Origin: Ruditapes philippinarum
Taxonomy: Eukaryota
Reading direction: 5' to 3'
Assembly (NCBI RefSeq): GCF_026571515.1
Contig: NW_026858322.1
Span: 1 to 64,000, forward strand
Length of the DNA stretch: 64,000 nt
Part shown: positions 12,501-31,400 of the stretch, piece by piece
Numbering within the stretch: the stretch's first letter is position 1
Layout of the letters: each line of letters starts with the position of its first letter
Made by a program: the position numbers and the translations under genes
The notes under the pieces: model-generated
Seen by the model: the letters and a program-made list of their open reading frames with translations, nothing else
Databases searched by the model: none
Told to the model about the DNA's origin: nothing

Positions 12501-13419
12501 CCGAGTCCGCTTCCTGGAACCAAGTAGGGCTCAAACCCATAATCCCTTGGTTGAAACTAGGCCACCGCTCCCATTTTGTACTGCCCTGCTCTTACACTCG
12601 AAATTCTAAATTTAGAATTGCTTTTCACTTTTTGCTGAAAGCGATTTTCGAAACCTGTGGTACAGTGGTTAGATGCTCACTTAGGATGTGAAAGGTCCAG
12701 GGTTTGAATCCAGTTCAGGTAAAAAAGAAATCATTTTAAGTGTCTTTTTTTAGTGACTAACATTTTTTTTTAAAAATTAGCTGTTATATAGAGTGCAATG
12801 TTTTAGTTTTAGGAAAGACTTTATAAAGAACTTTGTGTGACACCAAAGGGCAAAAAAGGAAAATGTCAGTGGTTCTACCCAGATGCCTGCTTCTTCCTGA
12901 AATAATGAACATAGGCGCCTGAGGTCTTCCTTCACCATTAAAGCAAGATAGTCGCCATATGTCCTGTATTGTGTTGGTGCAACTTCAAACCCAACAAAAA
13001 AAGAAACAATTTAGGTGTGGTCTGCCCATTATTATACATGTATTGCGATATATTATGTATATATATAGTAAAGTACATATGTAACAACAGATATCGAACA
13101 TACTGTACACATGATATTACGACACAATACTAAGACATATGACGAGCAAACAATCAATTTATACATTTTGATATATTACCCTCGTGACACATTGTATATA
13201 ATCATTTGAATCATATAAATTTCAGGGATTGAGGAAGCTTTCTTAGAGGTAGCTAAAAGACTGATCAAATTATATGAAACCTCGCCAGGGTCGGGACTAC
13301 AGTCTCACAGTCCGGAAAATTCTCCAGAGAAAAATGATGAAAGGATTCATATAGAACCGCCTTCTAGACACAAAGGACCGCCTCCCAGTGAACAAAACCA
13401 GTCCAAATGTGCCTGCTAG
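3595..13419 (+). CDS. Rab5-clade small GTPase (RabX1/Rab22/Rab31-like), 217 aa; exons 3595-3637, 6192-6288, 7021-7090, 8496-8589, 9299-9328, 12292-12417, 13226-13419
   Basis: G1 GSQGVGKT, effector PTIGASFF, G3 WDTAGQERFRSM, APMYYR, G4 GNKCD, G5 ETSA, C-terminal CAC* prenylation motif; exons total 654 nt with consistent phases and GT-AG junctions. Confidence 0.93.
4848..6046. repeat. 30-bp minisatellite, about 40 copies (ATGGTGATACTGGTAGTTATGATGTCATAC) in Rab intron 1
   Basis: Direct tandem copies with point variants and small deletions. Confidence 0.95.
7620..7690 (+). mobile_element. tRNA-derived SINE-like head
   Basis: A-box-like TGGCCGAGGGG and B-box-like GTTCAAATCCC; related sequence at 12657-12720; no complete cloverleaf. 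Confidence 0.4.
7934..8478. repeat. Degenerate ~26-bp tandem repeat (GATCTATATTGGACTGTCTGTATCTA) in Rab intron 3
   Basis: Recurrent ATTGGACTGTC / ATCTAGATCT motifs ending about 17 nt before the exon 4 acceptor. Confidence 0.75.
9461..12312. repeat. 42-bp tandem array (about 68 copies) made of the Rab intron 5 / exon 6 acceptor junction
   Basis: Unit ataattatgatctatgttacag|TAACATGTCTGGTTGGTAAC; the last copy runs directly into AAGTGTGAT (GNKCD). Confidence 0.97.
12866..13005 (+). mobile_element. SINE 3' part (mollusc Meta-SINE-like)
   Basis: GTGGTTCTACCC..CCTGAAATAATG..GTCTTCCT..CACC..AAAGC..GTCGCCATATG..AAACCCAACAAAA; reverse-complement copies near 51140-51350, 54670-54845 and 56090-56360. 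Confidence 0.6.
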
Positions 13420-14086
13420 TGTAGTTAAACTCCACATTAGTGAAACCAGTCTAATTTTTTTAGTGTTTGCATATCTGCTTGTGTATATGGGACCCAAAAG
13501 GTCACATGGATCAACTAGTCTAAAGTTTAGGAAAAACAAGATATTTGATTGGTTGATTTTGAAAAGAGATTTTAAATTAACCAATGGCTGAAGCTCATTT
13601 CACCAGACTGTTTCATATTTATATATCATTAAGTTTGGTCATTAAGAAATTTTGTCATTAAGACATTGTTTTAGTTACTTTTTTAACCATATTCACAATT
13701 ATATAGGCACTATAAATATTCGTAAATTAGGTTTTACATGCTACACTGTCTGGGAATAATAATTGAGTGTCTTGCCATTAATATTGAGTGTCTGGTATTA
13801 GTGTTTGGCAATTGATATCAAGTGTTTGGTATATATATCAAGAGTTATGCAATTGAAAATGATAAAATTCATCATTTATTAGGGGAAATTCAAAATAATA
13901 AGTGCTCATTAAATAGCGCACACAGCAGACCAAAGTTCTGACTAAATTGCAAACACAGCAGACCATGTTACATGACCTTGGTCTACATTGGTGTTGCAAA
14001 GGTAGATATTGCAGCCACCAAGTAGGTTAAGGGTTAATTGATCTTGCAAGTTCATGTGCCTTTTCGAGAATGTCTTTTAGTGAGCA

Positions 14087-14143
14087 TGTGGGTGAATGTG
14101 GGTGAATGTGTGTGTGTGTGTGTGTGTGTGGGTGAATGTGTGT
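14087..14143. repeat. (GT)n microsatellite with GGTGAATGTG units
   Basis: Direct reading of the sequence. Confidence 0.9.
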
Positions 14144-14687
14144 AAATTGTAATAATGTTTTTTTTTGTGTGTTTAAGCATTGTAGTTTTAATGTTCAAAG
14201 TGTGTTGTTTAGATTAGTTATAAAGATATTGTTAAAGTAAAAGTAATTGTACATGTTATTGTTAGTGTTATTTATATTTTTGATAGATTATTTTGCTGCT
14301 CATCTCGTGCAAGTACATGTATGTGTATATAAGCTGCAATGTACATATAAGCTAAAGACACTATACATGTATATAGGTGAGAAATATAATGAATATTTAT
14401 TTTTAGAAACATTTTGAAATTTGATCAGTCAAAATATTATTTTGTGTTCATTAGTGATAAAGTCAGCATTTATTTTTTTTCCAGTTTAAAATGTAACATA
14501 TCTAGTAGATACCAATCTATAAAATATTCTCTCTGATTTAAAAAAAACACTGATCTCCGCTGTAGATTTAAACACTGCCAGGGATATTAAATTTGTGTCT
14601 TTTGAGGTTACAGAACAGACCTTAGATTGAGACTATATTGTCTATTTGCAAATAAACAGAACATAAAAACACACATGTTACAAATGT

Positions 14688-15056
14688 TAAAGGGACAGTT
14701 AAGCCCCAGAAATGCTTTTATTGTCAAAAGCGTTATATTCTTTGTATCCTGTTATAGATTGAAAAAAAAGTTACTCTTTGGCCAATTACCTGAATCAGCA
14801 CTTAATTACTTCTGTTGCTTTTCTAGCAATAAGTGAAAGTTATTATGATTTAGTATTTTGCATTGAAATCAAAATACTACTTTGTTTACATTTTGCTTCT
14901 TTTATGACACATTATATCATATTCATCACAATTTTTTTAATTGGTAATAAGCATCTAAAATACACTTATGCCAGTATGTTAACATTACTGGTGGGCTCAT
15001 TTTTGCTCTTTCAAAAGAAGGGATTTTTTTTTTTCTGAGACTTAGTGTGCCTTTAA
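14688..15056. mobile_element. TTAA-flanked MITE (Kolobok-like)
   Basis: TTAA-AGGGACAGTTAAGCCCCAGAAA ... TTTCTGAGACTTAGTGTGCCT-TTAA imperfect TIRs. Confidence 0.5.
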
Positions 15057-15976
15057 CATAATCTTACATTATCTGAAATTTATACAAAGCTACAGTTTAA
15101 TAGTACATGTATTTATAATGCAGCTTGTTCTTGTACGGTTATCATATTGACCTACTTTATGATTTTAAAAATATTGTATTAAAGGAATAAATTTTTGGAA
15201 TATTAACATAACGATTTAATAAGAAAAATAATAAAAAAACTGCATTCTTGCATTAAAAACTGATGAATCCCTCAGGATTTATATAATCTTTTGTCCTGTG
15301 GAATCAGGCTTTAATGTGTCTTTATGCTTCTGCAAAAAAAGAGGCATTGACCCTTTATTCTGTCTACAAATATGAAGTGCCATAACATATGATAACAAAA
15401 AGTGTTGAATTGTTCTTCTTCCATTTTAAATTACCTGCCATGCAAATTATTTAAGGGACTCCACTGAGGTTTTTTGGCATCATGAGACTGAATATATTTT
15501 TTATTAATATTCCCTCTCATGGGTCTTGATATACCAATTAATTATAGCTTGTGTAAGATTTTAAGATTATTTGCTCACTCCATTTTTTCAGACTAATTAT
15601 TCTAATTGTGAAAAATGACCCAAAAATTCCCTCAAGCCAGGCTTAAAACAGCACAAAAATATGAATGTTAATTCATTTTGAGTACTATGTCTATTTCTTA
15701 ATTATCTTTTGTATATCCTTCCTGCTTTAAGTGCCCAACTGATCTATGTAAGAAATTCAATTTTTATGTTTTTACACTTTTTGACATCAGCTATTAGAGT
15801 TCCTTTAATATATCATCCTTATATATATGCGATATGCTTCTGTTAAATTATTGATATTATTTTCAAGTATTCCAGTGAAATTATTGTATATTGTTTGACT
15901 ATTAGATATTCAAGAGATTTTTTTTTGTCTTCAACTTTTGTTTCCATATTCAGTACACAATTATCAGCACTTTTCT

Positions 15977-16114
15977 ATGGTGGCTGATTTGGTATGCCTT
16001 TTGTGTTGTCAGACTTTCGTCTTGTCATCCTGTCGCTAGCGTTTGGCGCTTTGTCGTGTTGTCGCTAGCCCCAACCCAACTAGATGCACAAAAGCGTACC
16101 AAATCAGCCACCAT
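15977..16114. mobile_element. MITE with ~30-bp TIRs and an 8-bp TSD (hAT/P-like)
   Basis: ATGGTGGCTGATTTGGTA..TTTTGTG / CACAAAAGCGTACCAAATCAGCCACCAT, flanked by ACTTTTCT on both sides. Confidence 0.8.
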
Positions 16115-17639
16115 ACTTTTCTGTCCTGAATAAACTAGCTACCCTGACCTACTGAATAAAAAAAATATCTTGTTATTTGACAGCACATGCCAGTTAATAT
16201 AACAGCATTACTAAACTTCCCTGACCTTATAAAAAAAATTATCTTGTTATTAAATGACAGCACATGCCAGTTAAACAATAGCATTACTTTTTATTTGCAT
16301 AGGGAACTTATTCTTTCTGAGCAATGTTACGTGTTTGTACGATATTCAAAGAAATACTGTGATGTAAGCAAAGGTTGTGAGATTTAATCAGGGTTTTGTA
16401 TAGATTTCTGTGATTTTATTTTTCCTCTCTCTCCCTCTCTCTTCACCTTAGTTCAAATAACTGACGAGCATTTCACTAACATTCCATCAGTTTTGCGTGT
16501 CTTTTTATGTAAATTTAGACTTGCGCAACACGTAAATTTACGTTAGTTGCATTTCACTAAATAGAATGTGCAATTTACGCCAGTAATAAATGAGCGTAAC
16601 ATAACGTTTAAACTTATGCAAATACGTGGCTAAGAAAGTTTAGTGAAGCCCAAATAAATACAAAGTTCTGCTTACGCAAAAAGTTACTATCAAACTGGAG
16701 TTTGGTTAAGCAAGTATGTTAGTGAAACGCAACCCTGGTTAGCAGTAGTAAAGATATGTCGTCAAATGAAAGATGTTATAATTTTTGAACCACGCTGTAG
16801 TTTATAGAAAGATTAAATGATTGGTGTATTGTACAATGTACGTAGAGAATATTGATTGAGTGTAGGTTCAATACTGAATTTACTGAACAAGTTGAATAAA
16901 ATTATATAATGTGAGCCTCTGGCGAGCATATTATTTTATTCAGCAATTTCACTAAATTTAGTAATGAATCTACTCAAATATATTATTCTATTTATCATAT
17001 ACCAAAAATTAAAACTGTTCGAAGTGGAAAATAATATATTTTATTTAAAACTTCAATAAATTCAATTTTAAACTTGCACTCATTCAATATCCTCTTATTT
17101 GTTGCAAGGTGAAATAATTGGTATACCATACTGTACTTTATGTAGACATTTTCGTTAATGATATTGTATCAAAACTTCATCAAATGTTTTGGGCTATCCA
17201 CAAGTATACCAGTTGCTATTGCCATGTATATTTATAATTTCATATTCTATTTTGTTTTTCTTATTTGTATTTTCTGGTACAGGGTGTATTATTTTCATAG
17301 GTCTAACACAAGGAATACATAATTCTTAAAAAAAAAAAATTAAATATCTACTTAATCTTTTTACGTTTTGCTTTAAATTAACATTTGTTATAAATTTTTT
17401 TATCTGCCAATACTCACTAGAGGCTTAATTAGTACTTGGTATATCAAATGTATTCATCAAACAAATGCTTGCAGTTTGCCGTTTACAAATGTATTCTTTT
17501 TTTTTCCTCCTCACAAACCAACCACGCCAATCATGCCATCAAGCTTTGATAATTCATAAAAATCAGCAAAATGTTTTAGACTTGATTATATCAAAATGTT
17601 ATGATGGTTATCATCTCACCCATCAAAATTTCATTATTA

Positions 17640-17873
17640 TGAGCCGCGTCATGACAAAACCAACATAGTGCGTTTACGACCAGCATGGATCCAGACCAGC
17701 CTGCGCATCCGCGTAGTCTGATCAGGATCCATGACGTTCGCTTACCAACTCTTTTACAAGTAGAGAAACTGATAGCCAACAGTATGGATCCTGATCAGAC
17801 TGCACGGATGCACAGGTTGGTCTGTATCTATGCTGGTCGCAAACGCACTATGTTGGTTTTGTGACGCGACTCA
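17640..17873. mobile_element. Long-TIR MITE (near-palindromic)
   Basis: TGAGCCGCGTCA..ACAAAACCAACATAGTGCGTTT..GATCAGGATCCAT mirrored by ATGGATCCTGATC..AAACGCACTATGTTGGTTTTGT..GACGCGACTCA. Confidence 0.8.
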
Positions 17874-18346
17874 CGTAATTGATAGCAGTAACATAAAATA
17901 CTTTTTTTTTTAATACGCAACATAATTATTTAATAAACCTTCATAGGCAACCTTTGTAAGAGGCTCTTATTATAGCATTAGTTTCAAATCTTTATAAAGG
18001 AAGACTTTGCAATAAATATAAGAACACCTCTTGCCAGTGGGCTGCAGAGCACCTGTTAATCAACGTTAATTGATAATTTTATCACCCCAAGGTCAGCAGA
18101 AATATAACTCATTTGAGCATTTTTATAACAAGGTTATACTTATACTTATTTACATCATTTATTTTGCTTCATTAAGATATTTAGTTAAATTTGTTATGTA
18201 ACTTTTAAGCTTATGAAAAAATAAATAAAAATATAGATGAAATCTGTAGTATTTGTGTTTTCATTAATCACTCCATACTCCTATGGAGACAATCATTATT
18301 TGTAATAACCTTGGACTGAAAGTAGTTCTACGACATATTAGATGTA

Positions 18347-19546
18347 AACTAGAAATGTGTCATCATGCCACGGATGCCCCCGCATGCAGCCAAAATTTCA
18401 GATGATGCATTAATGATTTTTTTCATTTTAAGTTCAAAGCCCTTAAAACTTTTCAATGTTAACACAAACCATTTTCATACAATGTTCAAGGCACTGAAAT
18501 TATTCAGTCTTAACCTTTTAAAAATAGCATATTGCATATTTGTAGCCAAAATAATGGCTAAAAGTATCAGTGCTGAAACTGAAAGTTCAAAATTTTTCCA
18601 ACATTCAGGAAAGATAAGTTTGTCTAAAATCATTGAACCACAACCAAATTCAAACTTAAACAGCTTATTCCTAAGATGTATCTATATTATTTTCAAAGTG
18701 AAAGCGACATAACTCTGCAAAAAAATCATCAAACCATGACCAAATTCCAACTTGACCTGCCCATTCCTTTGACATATCCATATGTCAAATTTAAGTTGAA
18801 TATGTAACACTGTTGGGTAGATAATGAACAGAAACTGTAAATTTCATATTATTTTCAAAGTGAAAGGGGCATTACTCTGCCAAAAATCATTTAACCATGA
18901 CCAAATTCGAACTTGGCCTGGGCATTCCAAAAACATATCTATATGTCAAATTTGAGTTGAATGTGTTGTACCATTGGGGAGATAATAAACGGAAACTGAA
19001 AATTTCATATTACTTTCAAAGTGAAAGGGGCATAACTCTGCCAAAAATCACTGAACCATGACCAAATTTAAACTTGACCTGCGCATTCCTTTGACGCATC
19101 CATATGTCAAGTTTGAGTTGAATGTGTTGTACCGTTGGGGAGATAATGAACGGAAACTGAAAATTTCATATTGTTTTCAAAGTAAAAGGGGCATAACTCT
19201 GCCAAAAATCATCGATCCATGACCAAATTCGAACTTGACCTGTATTTTCTCATGACATATCCATATGTCAAGTTTGAGTTGAATGTGTTGTACCGTTGGG
19301 GAGATAATGAGCGGAAACTGAAATTTCATATTATTTTCAAAGTAAAAGGGGCATAACTCTGCCAAAAATCATCAAACCATGACCAAATTCGAACTTGACC
19401 TGTATTTTGTCATGACATATCCATATGTCAAATTTTGAGTTGAATGTGTGCAACCGTTCTTAAGATAATGAACGGAAACTGATGATGACGGAATGACGGA
19501 ACAGGGTAACACTATATGCCCCGGCCATTACATGGCGGGGGCATAA
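18347..19546 (+). mobile_element. Helentron/HINE-like element with an internal ~161-bp tandem array (about 5 copies)
   Basis: 5' ATGCCCCCGC subterminal repeat, array unit AAAGTGAAAGGGGCATAACTCTGCC.., GACGGAAT repeats, 3' hairpin TATGCCCCGGCC..GGCGGGGGCATA. Confidence 0.75.
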
Positions 19547-20372
19547 CAAAAACAGTGTAATCTTTGAAGATGTCGAACAATAATGACCTGGCACTAACGG
19601 AATATACAGACCGCACTGACGGAATATATAGACTACAGGGTCAAATGCAAAATTACCAGGTCAATTTTGTTGGACAATTATGTGCGAGAATATTATCTGT
19701 GAGTCTGACTTCCAAAGGAAAATTATGTGTATTTTGGTAAAATTACAATTGAAAATGTCTGATAATCATAATTTAAAATCGCCAGCTTTTTAACTAGTGT
19801 CATTTGCAATACGATTGCCAAGTAGTTAACACATCAGTCTAGCATGCAGAACCAGTAGAACTACCAAACTTATGTAAGCTAACTGAACAGCTTCCTTAAA
19901 TGAAGGAATAATTTAAACCTACAACCATGAAAAACAAGTAATTTGTTATAGTCCAATTGCACTGCACATTGAAATTATGTGCTATTTTGTGTATATTTGA
20001 AGTTATCTCCCCTCTTGAAGCCGGGTTCTAACCCAGTACAAAATATCTCAGAATCCAGTTTTGGCACATCAAAACATTTTGACAAGTGATTCGGTTATCA
20101 GCAACCTTACCAATAAAGCCCTTCACAATATATCAACACAACACAGGTTATCATGTAGATGACTGATTTAATGGTATTTTAAATAATGATATTAAGAAAA
20201 GAAAAATATTTTTGACTGAAACCAGTCTGTCACAATGAAATCTGTAACACAGTCTATCAGGATGACAAAAAGAGAACCAGTCTAACACAATGAAAACTGT
20301 AGCACAGTCTATCACAATATAACCATTGTAATCAATCCTCTACATGCTTTTTTTTCTTTCTTCATTGTCTGT

Positions 20373-27251
<6,879 letters not shown>

Positions 27252-27276
27252 GTTGATTTGGTTTGTGATCCGATTA

Positions 27277-27306
27277 GAAAAGGAAGTTCAACGGGGTTTG
27301 CACGTG
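27277..27306 (-). promoter_or_regulatory. RPS27 5' TOP/TCT initiator (CTTCCTTTTC) with upstream E-box CACGTG
   Basis: Polypyrimidine start about 35 nt upstream of the ATG, typical of ribosomal protein genes. Confidence 0.75.
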
Positions 27307-27923
27307 GTATATCAGAAAATGATTCTGGTCGGGTTCACAGAATTTCACATTTAAAGTTGCGACTGCTGTTACTAAATATAGAACTATTCTAATATTGTAC
27401 TTACCAAACCTAAAAAGTCATTGCGCAACAGCTTGCAACCCCATTTATTTTCGACCTTATTGAATATTTATTTTCTCCATTATTGCACAACCAACTGGCA
27501 ATGTTAAAGTCAAGCGTTTCATGGCACTCAATAAATAAAAAATAAATAGTCTATGTTAATCGTATTTTGGCGCCATATTTAACATGAAACAAAAATGTAT
27601 TTTGCTCTATATATACAGAGACATATATGTATTTTAACGTCTCTGATATATAGCTAGGGATCTCCACTTTCATAGGCTCAGGGCTTGCATTAACAAAATA
27701 ATAATTAATACTTAGATAATTAATTGTTATTAATTATTGTCAACATACAATAAAATTTGAACTGAACCTAAAATATCTGCATAAATATCTTCTAGATAAC
27801 TGTAGTTAGTTAGCATATTTTTACTTGCATTTCTGCCCAGGTCCGATACTCGTGCCTGTGAAAGACCCAGCTGGGATATATATTAGATTTCGTTTATTTT
27901 CATAGATTAGGGCCACCAACGAG

Positions 27924-28490
27924 TTCAACGAGTTCAATGAATTCAGTAATGAACTTACACGAATTAATATCACATACCCAAAATAAAGACCATTTAAAGT
28001 GAAAAAGAGTCATTTCATTGACGCGCCTGTATAGTATTAATACAACGCTAACATTTAGCGTCTTTACTCTATGTTTGTATATTTAAACGCTAATGACGTC
28101 ATGTCAAAATATATGCACGGTCGTGCAATACCATTTTACGGAGTCGTAAAAAAATGCACGAGTGTGTGATAAACGGCTTTATCACACACTCCGTAAAAAT
28201 GCGACTCCGTAAAAATGGTATTGCACGGCCGCGTGCATATATTTTGACGTGACGTCGTACAAACATGGTGTAAAGACGCGCTAAAATTTATGTTAGCGTT
28301 TATACTATAGGCGCGTCAATGAAAAATGACTCTTATTTCACTTTAAACGGTCTTTATTTTGGGTATGTGATAAATAAAATATTAAATTCGTGTAAGTTCA
28401 TTTCTGAATTTATTGCACTCGTTGAATAAAATAATATTATGCTCGCCAATAAATTCAGTATTGAATTTATACACTCATTCAATTTCCTCT
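27924..28490. mobile_element. Foldback/palindromic element (~250-bp arms, centre about 28175)
   Basis: Arm AATGAACTTACACGAATT..GAGTGTGTGATAA mirrored by TTATCACACACTC..AATTCGTGTAAGTTCATT; right tail matches 16845-16980 in reverse. Confidence 0.8.
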
Positions 28491-31400
28491 ATATTTATTA
28501 CACTCATGCGCCGCGGTTCATGTGATAAACATGTATATTTAGCTTCATTGCTCTATGATATAAATCATCTATATTTCCCCAAACTGCTCATAGATCTACC
28601 ATGAAATGTTTTTTCAATGGTTTTTTTCTCAATATCTTTTATGTATATCTACGTATTTGCAGTGTATACTTACAGAAAAGTACTCTCTTAGTTAGTGTGA
28701 CAATATAGCTGCAATGTTCTAATGTGGATTTGGTCACCATGGTCACAGAGCTATATTTAAAATATGTAATAAAAGTCTCTGCTTTGGTTAACATGTGGAA
28801 ATCGCGCAAAGTGTAATTTGAAAGATGCAACTACTGGTGGTTTATATAAATAAATAATATATAGTTGTTTGATTTCGTTTCAAAGTACGTACGTTAGAAC
28901 GACTCAAACTTTTCAAATGTTTGTTGGAAGATTATTCCATATTTGTAGCGCTGATGGAAGTCGACTTTAAATAAAGTTCCGTTCTTCTGGCTATTGTAGT
29001 GAAATCACTATTAAATAAATAGTATTTCTTAACAAATATAAATAATTTTCAAACCGCGAACGCCGTCTCAGCAGATAGTAAAATATAGTTGCGCTTACAA
29101 TATATATTTCGGTAATAACTAAAAAATATGTTTTTTTTTTCTTTTTATATATATATATTCAAACTAATGGTAGGATGTGCGTCTGTCTGAAAGCTGGCAC
29201 ACATGTATGTCTGTTTTCCTTTCACTTTAAATAAGTACTTTTTGAACTGATACGGATTCAGTTACCACTCGAGCTGCTTCGTAGCAAAAGGGGAATAAGT
29301 AGGTTATAAATTATGATAATATTTGTTTTGAATTGTCTCCCTTCCCTCTACAAGTATTGGAATTGTATTTAATTTTACAAAAAATATTCTTTTCTGTTTG
29401 ACACACAGCATTTTTTTAATATACAGTATGTATTTCAAGTAAACCAATAATGTAATGGGAAGCTGCTTCAAAAGATTTGTTATAAATATAAAACACGAGG
29501 GGCATCTTAATGTGGTTCACCGACAAATGCATCGATTTAAAAGATATGCTGGTTTTCGATAAAACGTATGCTGGTTAAACTCCCTAATGAGGACTATATG
29601 AAACGGTAATTTGAACAACTGAGTTGTTGTTATTTTTTTATTTTTAAAATATGAACATTATTGTGTGAAGATCGAAATTCTATTTTTTTTTTTTTAAATT
29701 TTATTAGAAATTTTGGTTGTCGTGGGTTCAGGTATAAAAGATTAAAAATAAGCTCAAAACACTTCATAATAAAGCAATCTTGAGCTGTAATAATGACACA
29801 CATACCACACAAACCTTTGTTCGATCAATTCTTTAGATATATGCTAGCAACGTATGATGGGAATAATCATTATGGACAAAATGCATATTGTGATCCATAT
29901 GTGGATATGTGTTCCATATCCAGCATTAAAGTCAATGAAGTAGACGGACTATTAGCCATCAAAAACTGGCAAGGTCTTATAAAAAATAAAACTTATACCA
30001 GCAACCATGAAATATATATCTATCCTCTATGTTATTATGTCATCAGTGTATATATTGTTAATTTGATGTAGAACTGAGCAACCCTGGACTACATTTGGAC
30101 GAGTACACAGGTGAAGTTGACGCCGCACGCGGCTACAAGGTACATAAGGGAGGGGGCTCACATCCGGAAAGGAGAGTACGGGCACCCCCTCCCCGAAAAA
30201 AACTGGGATGTTGGTATAAATGGTGCATTTTGTTGTGCTTTGACGATCAAATATTTTCATGATAAACTGGAAATATCTGCCATTGAACTAGCGGATAATA
30301 TTTAGAGACCTCCTTGTCATTATGTCCCATATGTTTCCATTTTATCATTATTAAATGATCATCTTTATTTAGAAAATACACGTAAAGAACGGAAAGGACA
30401 GAAAACATGTCAGGCATGGTATTTTAAGTTCGCCTATGGCATACGCTAGTATTTATCTATAGAAGTCTTTAGCTTACAAAATGATAAATTCATTTCTATC
30501 TATAGTTCTAAGTCTTTAGCTTACAAAATGATAAATTCATTTCTTTTTTGCAAGTGACTTGGACAGAAAATGATATACAAATATTATTTATATCAAACAT
30601 TTCTGGCATAACCAAACGTTTAATACGGATGTTGTTTTCACATTTGACGAGGCAGATATCCTGATATGTTTTCACATACATGTACATGAGGTGACTATAA
30701 CAATGGTAAAAAGGAGGTAAGGATATAATATGACAGGTTCCTGTTTAACAATAAGATTGTCTTTTCACACATGGTATTCCTTTTAATCTCTTCAAACAGA
30801 ACCGACCATTGTTTCCTTAAAGTACACAAAATTCTTGATTAAAACTTGAATAACATAAGTAAATAAATATTTTTATTCAACATAAAATTATATGCATACA
30901 ATGTATAGTTCAAATATAATATAATATGTGTAGAGTAAGATTGAAAGGGACATTACATATGATTTCACTGTGTACTCTTTGCAAGATTTTAAATTATGTA
31001 CCAACTAAATTATATTGTGTGTGTACATACATAATACATTCAATGTCAACTTGTTTCAAAAAAAAAAAATTAAGGTAATACTGACATTGATGGTATATGA
31101 AAAACCATCTATTCAAAATAGTATAAATTAAAATCAATTTATGCGTATAAATGTCAACCTTTGAACATGTTAAACTTTCATTTTTGTTCTTTTTTATATT
31201 GCAGCTTTGCATTTAAGCGAAGAAGTGATGCTCTGTATTTAAGCGTATATTTATGTTTGGATATGGAGCACATATCCACATATGGATCACAATGTAAATT
31301 TTGGCCAAAATTATCTTCTTACATTGCTGATTTCCAAAAAATGGGTTTGAGTGTATGTTTTATATCATGACGGGTCAACATTATGCGATTGTCTAGACTT

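Noticed and set aside
17965-18052. Possible alternative RPS27 terminal exon
   Set aside because: Weak acceptor with no pyrimidine tract and no similarity to the eS27 C-terminus
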